The notes under the pieces are model-generated. The model searched no databases. It had not been told where the DNA came from and saw only the letters and a program-made list of their open reading frames with translations. A DNA stretch of 64,000 nt from assembly GCF_001194135.2 (NCBI RefSeq), contig NC_068986.1, forward strand, positions 1,445,314 through 1,509,313. Direction: 5' to 3'. Below, in pieces: positions 38,924 through 50,604 of this stretch. The DNA is from Octopus bimaculoides. Its lineage: Eukaryota. Each line of letters starts with the position of its first letter. Positions within the stretch are counted from its first letter, which is position 1. The position numbers and the translations under genes were made by a program.

Positions 38924-41360
38924 TAGACAGATAGATGGATAGATAAATTGATAGGTTGATGTACATATATATAATATTAATATGTATATATATATATTTA
39001 TATATATATATTTATGGATATATAATATATATTTGTGAGCACACACACACACACACACACCTGTAAAAAAAACACTATCATATAAAGATATATATATATA
39101 TATATATATTTATGTATACATATATATGTATATATGTTTACTCACATATATCACAAGCTGTGACAATTTAGTAGGCCAGCAGACCAAGTGTCAAAGATCT
39201 GTCTTCCAAAATTTACTGATGCTAGTACATCTATGTTTACCAATTTCCCTATATTTTTCCTAACTGGAAATTCGTCATCACCTTTACAAAGCTATGATCA
39301 AGTAAACCTCTAGCTATAGTAACATTTACACATGAAGTGATAATTTTATTTGTTATCATAGCAAAATGATATCACATTCTATAGCTAAGCTGATGCAATT
39401 CCCTCTTTGCATTTGTAAAACTTTGTCACCACCAATATTTTTCTGAGTGAAGGCACAAAGCCTAATAGTAAGGGCACTGAAAAATCATAAGACCATGATT
39501 TCAAATCCTGGACTGGGTGGTGTATTGTATTCTTGAGCAAAACACTTCATTTCATGCTACTCCAGTCCACTCAGCTATAAATGAGATCCAGCAAAAACTG
39601 GGAAGTTAGTCCTGCAATGAACTAGTATCCTGCTCAAAGCATTGTCTTGCCATATTGGTCACTTGTATGCCATAAAATATTGGGTCAAGCTCCAGCCTTA
39701 GGAATCCAAGTACTCAGGACAAAAAAAAAAAAAAAAAAAAAAATTCTGATATTATTGTAACTCAGTATTACTCTCTCAGTTATGAAGATAGTATTGTTGT
39801 CAGGATTCTGCTTTTCTTTTCTTTTTATATACATATATAATAGTTTATAAAGTTTATCCGAAATCTTGAGAGCCATCTTTATTTGTTTGTTTGTTTGTAC
39901 ATATGTTTTCTATGCTAGCATGGATTAGAATATTACTGAGACACTGTTTTACAGACAGATGCTCCTCCTGTTGCTAACCTTTGAGTGTTTCACAAAGAAT
40001 ACCTTATCCCACATGTCTTCAAAGATGCGAACAATGTCAGGAAACAAGCTGTTAACAGGGGAAATGACAACGTTGCTGACTGGAGCTGAGTGGTTTTGGG
40101 ACAAGTGTAAATTAAAAGCACACACACACACACATGCAATAGGTATCTTTCAGTTTCTGTACACTGAATTAATTCACAACACTTTGTCAGTCTTCAGCCA
40201 AAAGAGAAGACACTTGCTCAAAGTGATATGGAGCAGGATTGAACCTGAAACTAGATGGTTGAGAAGTGAACTTTTTAACAACACAGCCCTGCTTGTACCT
40301 ATATAATAAACACACACACACAAAGATACATATATGTATGTATGTATGAAACACATTTAATCTTCAGTTAAATATAATAAAATTTGGTCAGTTTATGTTG
40401 TTTCAGACAATAATGTTCGGCTTCAGTGCAAAATGGTGCCCACTGTGAAGTATTTCCTTCAATGAGCAGAGATAGCATTATTTGATTTTGGTCTAAGTTA
40501 AGACGTGCCTATGTGTATAAAGACACATGCACACACATTATGGCATACACTGCCCTTTGGTTACTTAATATGGATGGCAAAGCTCAATCAATAACTAAAT
40601 TTCACTTAACATGCTACCAGGTATGTTAAGTGTGATGAACTTCAGGGTACACACACATACATGCACGTGCTTACACACACATACTTAAATACATACATTT
40701 ATATATATACATAAATAAATAAATAAATAAATACACACATCAAAAATATACATAGCTACCCACATGCATACATATTTATATTCACCATAAGGAATATATA
40801 TACATGCCCTCACACACACACACACACACACACACACTTTTATATTGATTTTAGTGTTTTCATAGTTTCTCAGCTACCACCAAATATATCTTTGGATTTT
40901 CCAGAGCATTCCTGACAATAACATATCAATATCCTTTGGTCTTCATTTTCTTGCACTTCCACAAATAATATGATCTTTACAAACACAAACACACATATAT
41001 AAATGTATATACATATATATATACACACATACATAAATGAGTTTATGTATATATATTTTACCATAACAGCATACATTTAATTATTATTAGCAGTAAAATG
41101 TGATATAGAATATGACAGAAAAAAAAAAGAAATAGGAACAGAATGAATAGAAATATTTCAAAGAGAATTAAGTAGAAGAGATTAAAAGAAAATAAAAATT
41201 TATAATTGTATATTGCCAAGTTTAAAATGTTTAATATGAGCAAATGGAAGAAAGAAAGTCTCAAGAAATTGGTCTTGAGGTATAAAGCTGAGAGAAATGG
41301 TTTTTGAAAATTTCAGCAAATAGATAAATAAATAAATAAATGAATAAATAAATAAATACC

Positions 41361-41392
<32 letters not shown>

Positions 41393-43341
41393 GTTTCTGA
41401 TTTTGGCACAAGGCCAGCGATTTCGAGGGAAGGTGTGTGTGTTTGTATGGGGAGGGGTGCAGCTGATATCATCAACTGGCAGCTCATTTTATTGACTCCA
41501 AAGGGTTAGAAACCAACCTGACTTCAGCAGGATTTGATCTCAGAACACAAAGAGCTGGAATGAATGCTGCAAAGCATTTCTATTTACTGATGTTCAACTG
41601 ATTCTGCTGATCTGGTGGCCTTGCTTGTTTCTAAAATAGGGACAAAGCCATCAATTTTGAAGTAGGAGGACAAGGAGTGGGATTAGTCAATGACATTGAT
41701 TACAGAGGAGTGAAAGGTAAAGTTGGCCATTGTGGAATTGAACCTCAGAACATAACGAGGACAAATATAATACTATGAGGCATTTTGTCCACAGCTCTAA
41801 TGATTCGACTAATCTATTGCCTTAGAACTGTTTTTAACATAAGTAGATCTGAAATTTGGGGAAATTGATTAAAACAACTCTAGCGATTGGTATTTTAATT
41901 TATTGACCTCAAAGGGATGAAAAGCAAAACTAAATTGGGTGGGATTTGAATGCTGAACATAAAGAGCCAGAAGAGATACCAAAAGATGCTTTATTGGATG
42001 TTTTAAAGTTTTCATTTCCTTGTAAAAATAATGGTATGAAATTCTGGCACAGGGCCAGAAGTTTTCCGGAAAGATGAAGGACAAAGACAACCTTGGTGGA
42101 ATTTGAACTCAGAATGCAGAGACAGACGAAATGCTGCTAAATATTTTGTCAAAGAGTTAATGATTCTATCACTGTCTTATTTCCCTGAAAAATAATAAAA
42201 TTAAAATTTCATCCCCTTGTAAAAATTCTTTTGTATACAGGCATGAGGCCTGAAATTTGATTTTATCAACCTCATCACTTGATTAGTACTTAATTTATTG
42301 ATCCCAAAAGAATGAAATACAGAATCAGCTTTGATGGAATTTGAACTCAGAACATAAAACTGGAAGAAATGCCACTAAACATTTTATCTGTGACTCTGCT
42401 ACATCACCACCTTATCCCCCTGTAATAATAGCTTCAAATTTTTACACAAGGCCAGCAATTTCAGGAGAGGCGGTAAATCGGTTACATCGACCCCAGTGCT
42501 CAACTGGTACTTCTTTTATCGACTCTGAAAGGATGAAGAGCAAAGTTGACCTTAGTCAATGAACAAAATGCTGCTGAACATTTTAGCTGGCATGCCAACA
42601 ATTCTGCCAGCTCACCATCTTAATAGCAACGAGTAATAATAACATGGGCCCAAGGCCAGAGACGGGTTTGGATTTAGTCAATTGAATTGATCTCAGTACT
42701 TGATTACTGCTTTATGTTACCAATCATAGAGGTATGAGAGGTAAAGTTGCCCTCAGCTGGATTTGAACACAAAAAGCAGAAAACCACAAGAAATATTACA
42801 CGGCATTTTGTCTGAAACCCTAACAATTCTGCCAATCCACCACTTTATAATTATGACTGTTTCTAATCTAGGCTCAAAACCAGCAATTTTTAGGAGAATG
42901 GTTAGTTGATATCATTGACTCAGATTCTACACTGGTACTTTATATTATTGAACCCTAATGGATGAAAGGAAAATTTGAAGAATGTAAAAATCCAGAAATA
43001 CTGCAAGGCATTTTTTTCCCAACATTCTAATAATTTTATCAGCTTGCTACCTTACCTAATAATAATAATAATAATANNNNNNNNNNAGAATGATAATAAT
43101 AATTTTGGCACAAGGCCAGCAATAATAAAAGTAATAATAATGGTTTCAAATTTTGTTACAAGGGCAGCCATTTTGGGGGAGGGGATGAGTTGATTATATC
43201 AACCCCAGTGTTCAACTGGTACTTACTTTATCAACCCTGAAAGGGTGTAAGACTAAGCAGAATCTGAACTCAGAATGTAAAGACACATGAAATGCTTCTA
43301 AGCATTTTGCCCAGCATGCTAACAATTCTGCCAGTTCAATA

Positions 43342-43405
<64 letters not shown>

Positions 43406-43721
43406 TAATAATGATAATAATAATAATCCTTTCTACTAAAGGCATAAGGGCCTGAAATTTTTGGGGAGGGGTTAAGTCGATTACATTGACCCCAGTGTTT
43501 CACTGGTACTTAATTTATTGACATCAAAAGGATGAAAGGCAAAGTCGACCTTGGTGGAATTTGAACTCAGAACATAAAGATGGATGAATAATAATACTAC
43601 TAATAATAATTGATTTCTAACACTGGCCACAAAAATCATGCATTTTGAAGAAGTGTAAAGCAAATTCAACTGATCCCAAATATTTAACTGGTACTTTTAT
43701 TTTACTGACTTTGAAAAGATG

Positions 43722-44008
43722 ATCTAGAGAATGTTCCCTTAGCCTTTTCAGTCCTCTGAGAGTGGTGAGGTCTCTGTGGCTAATATTGTTCTTAAAAAGG
43801 TATGAGATGAAAGTTGCTGGAAAGACATACAGAAGGACATATTCCAACAAACTGACATTCTGGAGGAGGAAGGACTTGGTATAATGATTAGTGCAGATTA
43901 AGTGGGATGGGAGTAATGAGAGGAGGAGAAATGACAAAGTGTATGTGGCATGAAAGCCAAGCAGTTCTTGTGTGCAGAAGCCACAATAGTAGTGGTAGAA
44001 GAGGCTAA
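43722..44008 (-). mobile_element. CR1-clade LINE 3' fragment nested in a SINE
   Basis: SLSLFYHYYCGFCTQEL...TNHYTKSF...VFPATF...FKNNI resembles the CR1-type C-terminus SLSLFYRYY.G.CS.EL. It interrupts the SINE copy at 43612-44060. Confidence 0.7.
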
Positions 44009-44436
44009 GAGAGGGATTTGAGTTCAGAATGTAATGAATCGGCTGCAAATAAATACTAAGAAATAATGATCTGTAACAAGCAGAAGATCACATATTTTGT
44101 GGAGGGGAAGTGTAATTAATTCAATAAAAAAAAGACCCCCCCCTCCTTTCCGCAGAACTTGAGAGCTGTTCACTTTATGGACTTCTAATAATCCTTTCTA
44201 TTATAGGTCCATGGCCTAAAAATTTGGTGGGAGGTGGTGGGGCTAGTTGATTGCAATGATCCAAGTACTTGACTGGGACTTATTTTATCAACCATGAAAG
44301 GCTGAATGGCAAAGATGATATTGGTGGAATTTGAACTCCGAATTCAAAGCCAGAAGAAATGCTGCAAAGCATTTTGTTTGGCATGCTCTAATGAGTCTGC
44401 CTGCTCAAAGCCTTTAGACCCCTAATAATAATAATA

Positions 44437-44489
<53 letters not shown>

Positions 44490-44519
44490 AATAATGATGA
44501 TGATAATAATGATAATGAC

Positions 44520-44560
<41 letters not shown>

Positions 44561-46341
44561 TAATAATAATAATAATGGTTTCATATTTTGCCATAAGAGC
44601 AGCCATTTTGGGGGAGTCAATTATATTGGGTCAATTAAATTGATGAGTCAATTTCATTGACCCCAGCATTCAACTGGTACTTAATTTATCAAAAGGATGA
44701 AAGGCAAAGTTGACCTCGGCGGAATTTGAACTCAGATAGGAGTGATAGGTGAAATACTGCTAAGCATTTCATCCTGCCTGATAATGATCCTGCCAGCTCA
44801 CCGTCTTAATAATAATAATAATAATAATAATGGTTTCAAATTTTGGCACATGGCCAGCAAATTCAGGAGAGGGGTTAAGTCAATTACATTGACTCCAGTG
44901 GTACTTATTTTATGGAAACCAAAATGTCAAAATAAACATGCTAATGATTCTTCCAGCTCACTGCCTGTTTGACCCCTAGTAATAACAATAATGAACTTTA
45001 AGTTTAGCCACTTGTTTGTGAAGGGAATAAATTATGTTTTGATTGACTTATCCCCAGAATATAAGTGGTATTTATTGTATTAACAATAATAATACTATTT
45101 ATTATATTCTGTTATTGGTTTTAGTCATTGGACTCAAGCTATGCTGGGGCTCTCCCTTCAAGGGTTTTACTCAATTATATTAGCTTTGATTAACTTTACT
45201 TTTTATCAACAATGAAAGAATAATAAGTAAATTGGAACTTTGAGGGGGATTTCAACTCAAAACACAGAAGGACATTATGAAATACCAAAAGGTATTTTTT
45301 TGTCCGTCACACTACCAATTCTGCCAACCACAACTGTATGGTTCTATGATGCATTGACCAATAATTCTATCACTCCCCTTCATATGATTCTACCAATTCG
45401 ATGTTCTATGATTCTGCCATCCACTGTCTTATAATTCAACCATTCAACATCCTGTAATTCAACCATCTCCCACCCTGACAATAAGTAATATACTTTCTAA
45501 TTTTGGCACAAAGCCAGCAACTTTGAGAGGAGAGGTATAAGTCGATTACATTGACCTCAGTATTGACTAGAACTTATTTTATTGATCCCATAAGGATGAA
45601 AGGTAAAGTTAACCTTGGCAGCATTTGAACTCAGGAAATAAACCAGGAGTAATGTCGCTAAGCATTCTGTCCAGCATGCTACTATTTCTACCATCTCACT
45701 GCCTTCTGACATTAAATAATATTGGTTTCTGTCATAAGCACAAAGCCTCAAATTTATGTTAAGTATAGTTAAGATCAACACCAGTATTTGATTAGTATTT
45801 TATTTTTATCGACCCTGGGAAGATGACAAACAAGTTTAATCTTGGTGTGATTTGAAATCAGACATACAAAAAGGCTTAACAAAATACCATGAGGTACTTT
45901 GTGTGCCACTTTATAGATTCTACAATAATAATGATCCATTTTATTATAGACACGAGGCCTGAAATTTTGGTGGGAGCAGCTTGACTGGTACTTATTTTAT
46001 CAATCCCAAAAGGATAAAAGTAAAATCGACCTTGGTAGAATTCGAACTTAGATTGGTAAATCTGAAGAAATGCTACTAAACTTTTTGTCTTCCATGCTAA
46101 AAATTCTGCCAGCATGCTGCCTCCAAGTGGTTTCAAATTTTGGTACAAGGCCAGCAATTTTGAGGGAGGGAGTAAGCTGATTACATTGACCCCAATGTTC
46201 AATTGGAACTTATCTTATCAACCCCACAAGAGGGCAAAAGTTGACCTTGGTGGTATTTGAACTCAGAATGTAATGTGTCAGAAGCAATGCTGCTAAGCAT
46301 TTTATCCAACGTGCTAATGATTCTGTGAGTTTGCTGCCTTA

Positions 46342-46376
<35 letters not shown>

Positions 46377-46697
46377 TATAATAATAATAATAATAAGAAG
46401 AAGAAGAATTTTTTCTACTATAGGCACAAGGCCTGAAAATTTGGGGAAGGAGACCGATCGATTACATCAACCCCAGTGTTTCACTGGTACTTAATTTATC
46501 GACCCCAAAAGGATGAAAGGCAAAGCTGACCTTGGTAGAATTTGAACTCAGAATGCAAAGACAGAAGAAATGCCACTAAGCATTTTGCCCTGCATGCTAA
46601 CCATTCTGCCAGCTCACTGCCTTGTTTATAATAATATTTTCAAATTAGCAGTATTCACATTTCAAATAACCCTTACTGGCTATAGCAGTACAATATA

Positions 46698-47297
46698 AGC
46701 CCTTACATATATAGGGGGCATAGAATGTTATTGATACACTATATATAGGTGGAGGGCATAATATATTGTAGGCACACAATATATATATGTAGTGTGTGTA
46801 TCATATTGTTGACACAGTGCATATATCGAAGGTGGGTATATTGTTTTGTTCACCCCATCCATTATATATGTAGGTAGTAAGAGTAGTATGTTGTTAACTC
46901 ATTGCATATGTAGTGAGTAGGCATAGTGCATTGTCATCCCACTACAGTTGGAAGTAGTGGGTATATTGTTAACCGACTACATATGCAGAGGATGGGTATA
47001 TTGTAATGTCAAACCTCTACATATGCAAGTGGTGGGTATATTATATTGTTAATCCACTACATATGTAGTTGGTGGGTATATTGTTAATCCAATGGGTGGT
47101 GGGTTTATAGTGTTAACCCTTTACATATATAGGTAGTAGGTCTAGAATATTATTAACCTACAACATATATATATATATATATATATGAGGTGGATATTAA
47201 CCCACCATATATATTATAGGAATTGGGTACATCATATTAACTCGTTACATATGTAAGAAGTAGATATAGTGTGTTTTAACCCATTACATATGTAAGC
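46698..47297. repeat. Degenerate palindromic minisatellite, about 16 units of about 33-40 bp
   Basis: Consensus approximately ACCCACTACATATGTAGGTGGTGGGTATA(TTATA)TTGTTA. Perfect ACTACATATGTAGT at 47056-47069. Confidence 0.85.
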
Positions 47298-47834
47298 ATT
47301 TATTTTATCAACAGCTGGAAAGATGAAAGGCAAAAATCAACCTTGGTATGATTTGAACTCAGAACCTAACAAGACATGACTAAACATCAGAAGGTATTCT
47401 GTTCATCACTCTTCTGATTTTGCCAGTTCACCATTTTATATGTTGCTCCACTGATTCTGCCAGTCCACCAATGTCAAAAAAACAATAATAATTTTTTTTA
47501 TTTTTTAAATAGGCACAATGCCACACATTTTTGGGGAGGGTACAGTCAATTATAACAACTTCAGTATTTTGCATGGTACTTATTTTATCAACCCCAGAAG
47601 GAGGACAGGTAAAGTTAACCTCAGTGGAATTTGAAGTTGAACATAAAGATTTGTAAATAAATACTGTAAAGCATTTACTCTGCAACTCTAAAAATTCTGC
47701 CAGTTTTGCCACCTTCAATAAATAACAATAATAATTATCATCATCATTTTCATCACAACAACATCGATAACAACAACACCAGTGAAATTTATGAATAATG
47801 GAATGAAATTAAAATGGAAATGGCCGCAAACCAA

Positions 47835-48152
47835 TCAAAGTTCAGTAGTTGTCAAAGCAGAACCATTTGCGTTCGATGCAATTGAATTTGTACCTGGCGG
47901 TAGGATAGCAGTCGTTGTACCATTTGTGGTGCCGGTGCCATTCACAATTGTGCTGTTCTGGAAGGGGGTGTCTTGCGGCTCATCAACTATGATTACAGGG
48001 ATATTGTAAACTGGCTTCGACATGTCGAGGTCATCGATGTTATCGGGAAATTTTGAGTCTTTTGTTTCAGGTAGCAGCAGTGAAAGTCCACCAGTGATGA
48101 AGGAGAGTGCTCCGAGGCAAAGGAATGGCATCAAGGGGTGAACATATTTGTG
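47835..48152 (-). CDS. SLC22-family terminal exon (TM12 plus cytoplasmic tail): HKYVHPLMPFLCLGALSFITGGLSLLLPETKDSKFPDNIDDLD...SALTTTEL*
   Basis: tttctttatttggcag acceptor (phase 0) and TGA at 47837-47835. Contains the LLLPETK...P(D/E)xI(D/E)D C-terminal SLC22 motif. The orthologue cannot be assigned by eye. Confidence 0.92.
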   Translation of the reverse strand, partial: HKYVHPLMPFLCLGALSFITGGLSLLLPETKDSKFPDNIDDLDMSKPVYNIPVIIVDEPQDTPFQNSTIVNGTGTTNGTTTAILPPGTNSIASNANGSALTTTEL

Positions 48153-48522
48153 CTGCCAAATAAAGAAAGGAAAAACATTTATATTCTGTTTCGAGTTTTA
48201 TAAAAACAAAAAAAAAAACATTTTATTTATTTGAAAAGATGAAAAACAAAAATGGATATAAATATTAATCAATGTGTCTATATTTTTAAATTCGATATAA
48301 AAAGTACAGTGGACTTGCCTTGGAGAATGGAAAAATTTAACTTTCCAAACAGCACTTTTTGGGGGGAAAGCTGAAAGTATAGAAATTAATAAGAGACAGC
48401 AGAGTTATACATCCTCTAAGTTAGAAGCCACTTTTTTTTATTTTTAATTTAGTTGATGCAAAACTCTGCTTTGTCTCATTAATTTCTCCCCTTTCCATTC
48501 TTCCCTGAACGAGGACCATCTG

Positions 48523-48546
48523 AACCCTAACCCTAACCCTAACCCT
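48523..48546. repeat. Interstitial telomere-type repeat (AACCCT)4
   Basis: Four perfect CCCTAA/TTAGGG-phase units in the last SLC22 intron. Confidence 0.85.
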
Positions 48547-48867
48547 AAACCCACTTCTCATTTCAATTTCACTCTATTCTTTTTATCACATTTATTCCGT
48601 ATGTAATGCATCCGTTACATCCAATATATCCTTTTTTTAATTATAGGATGTAAAATTCTGCCGTGTCTCATTAATTACTCTCCTTTCAACTTTTCCCCTG
48701 AAGAAAGACTTTGTCTGAAATGTTGGATTTTCCATTCTTCATGGCAAGCTCACTGTACTCCTTTTATTGATTGTATTACATAATACAAGTCTTGCTAATG
48801 CAAACCAACACTAGTCTCGTTAGAGTCTGTTTGATCATATACGTATCATTTAGATATATTCTTTTAT

Positions 48868-49240
48868 TTTATTCTTTTACTTGTTTCAATCATTTGACTG
48901 GCCATGCTGAAGCACTACCTTTAGTCGAACAAATCAACTCCAGGACTTATTCTTTGTAAGCCTAATACTTATTCTAGCGGTCAATTTTACGGGGATGTAA
49001 ACACACTAACATCGGTTGTTGAGCGATGGTGGGGTGAAAACACAGACACACAAATACATACATACATATATATATATGACAGGCTTCTTTCAGTTTTCAT
49101 CTACCAAATCCACTCACAAGGGTTTGGTTGGCCTGAGGCTATAGCAGAAGACATTTGCTCAAGATGCCATGAAATGGGACTGAACCTGGAACCATGTGGT
49201 TGGGAAGCAAGTTTCTTATCATAGAGTCACTCCTGCACAC
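48868..49240 (-). mobile_element. Family B SINE with the alternative ...GACTGAAACAAGTAAAAGA tail; other family B copies at about 2350-2653(-), 13370-13510(+), 40130-40300(-), 51770-52290(+), 58240-58380(+) and 63310-63680(-)
   Basis: Shared tRNA-like head (GGCTGTGTGGTAAG...GGTTCAGTCCC), a GGCAAGTGTCTTCTACTATAGCC core, and an internal (CA)/(TA) microsatellite. Confidence 0.85.
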
Positions 49241-49259
49241 ACACACACACATACATATA

Positions 49260-50058
49260 TATCATCATCATCATTTAACTTTCCATGCTGGCATGGGTTG
49301 GACGGTTTGACTGAGGACCGGCAAGCCAGATGGCTGCACCAGGCTCCAATCTGATCTGGTAGAGTTTCCATAGCTGGATGCCCTTCCTAATGCCAACCAC
49401 TCCAAGAGTGTAGTGGATGCTTTTATGCATCAGCGGCACGAGGGCCAGTCAGGCGGTATTGGCAATGGCCATGCTCAAATGGTGTTTTTACATGTCACCT
49501 GCACAGGAGCCAGTCCAGTGGCACTGGCAACGACCTCGCTCAAATGTTGTTTTTCATGTGCCACCAGCACAAATGCCAGTAAGGCAACACTGGTAAGGAT
49601 CACGCTTGAATGGTGCATTTTACATGCCACCGGCATGGGAGCCAGTCAGTGACCCTGGCAACGATCATGCTTGAATGGTACTCTTAGTGTTCCACTGACA
49701 TGGATGCCATTCATGCGGTGCTGTCATCGAATTTGATTCCGATTTCGATTTCACTTGCCTCAATAGGTCTTTGCAAGCAGAGTTTAGTGTCCAATGAGGA
49801 AAAGTATGCATAAGTGGGCTGGTTACACCCCTGGCAGAGGCCACAGGTTATGATCTCACTTGGCTTGCCAGGTCTTCTCAAGCACAACATATTTCCAAAG
49901 GTCTTGGTTACTAGTCATTGCCTCGGTGAGGCCTAATGTTCGAAGGTTGTGCTTCACCACCTTATCCCAGGTTTTCCTGGGTCTACCTCTTCCACAGGTT
50001 CCCTCAACTGCTAGAGTGTGACACTTCTTCACACAGATATCCTCATCCATTCTCGCCA
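49260..50058 (-). mobile_element. RTE-clade LINE 3' end: ORF end, ~600-nt 3' UTR with a tandem array, terminal stem-loop and (GAT)n tail
   Basis: ARMDEDICVKKCHTLAVEGTCGRGRPRKTWDKVVKHNLRTLGLTEAM...LEKTWQAK*. The element runs into the 50059-50539 gap. The tail reads CCAACCCATGCCAGCATGGAAAGTTAAATGATGATG on -. Confidence 0.9.
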
Positions 50059-50539
50059 NNNNNNNNNNNNNNNNNNNNNNNNNNNNNNNNNNNNNNNNNN
50101 NNNNNNNNNNNNNNNNNNNNNNNNNNNNNNNNNNNNNNNNNNNNNNNNNNNNNNNNNNNNNNNNNNNNNNNNNNNNNNNNNNNNNNNNNNNNNNNNNNNN
50201 NNNNNNNNNNNNNNNNNNNNNNNNNNNNNNNNNNNNNNNNNNNNNNNNNNNNNNNNNNNNNNNNNNNNNNNNNNNNNNNNNNNNNNNNNNNNNNNNNNNN
50301 NNNNNNNNNNNNNNNNNNNNNNNNNNNNNNNNNNNNNNNNNNNNNNNNNNNNNNNNNNNNNNNNNNNNNNNNNNNNNNNNNNNNNNNNNNNNNNNNNNNN
50401 NNNNNNNNNNNNNNNNNNNNNNNNNNNNNNNNNNNNNNNNNNNNNNNNNNNNNNNNNNNNNNNNNNNNNNNNNNNNNNNNNNNNNNNNNNNNNNNNNNNN
50501 NNNNNNNNNNNNNNNNNNNNNNNNNNNNNNNNNNNNNNN

Positions 50540-50604
<65 letters not shown>

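Larger units (their letters stand above)
41395..47716 (-). mobile_element. Chain of about 20-25 full or partial tRNA-derived SINEs (family A), all on the minus strand
   Basis: A repeated ~200-bp unit. Sense head GGCGGCGAGCTGGCAGAATCGTTAGC (A box), then GAGTTCAAATTCC (B box), a central GCCTTTCATCCTTTCGGGGTCGATAAAATAAGTACCAG domain, and a (TTA)n tail between copies. Confidence 0.9.

Noticed and set aside
41395-47716. SINE heads as genuine tRNA genes
   Set aside because: They have A/B boxes but irregular, expanded anticodon regions, and continue into SINE bodies and tails. No canonical cloverleaf was found.
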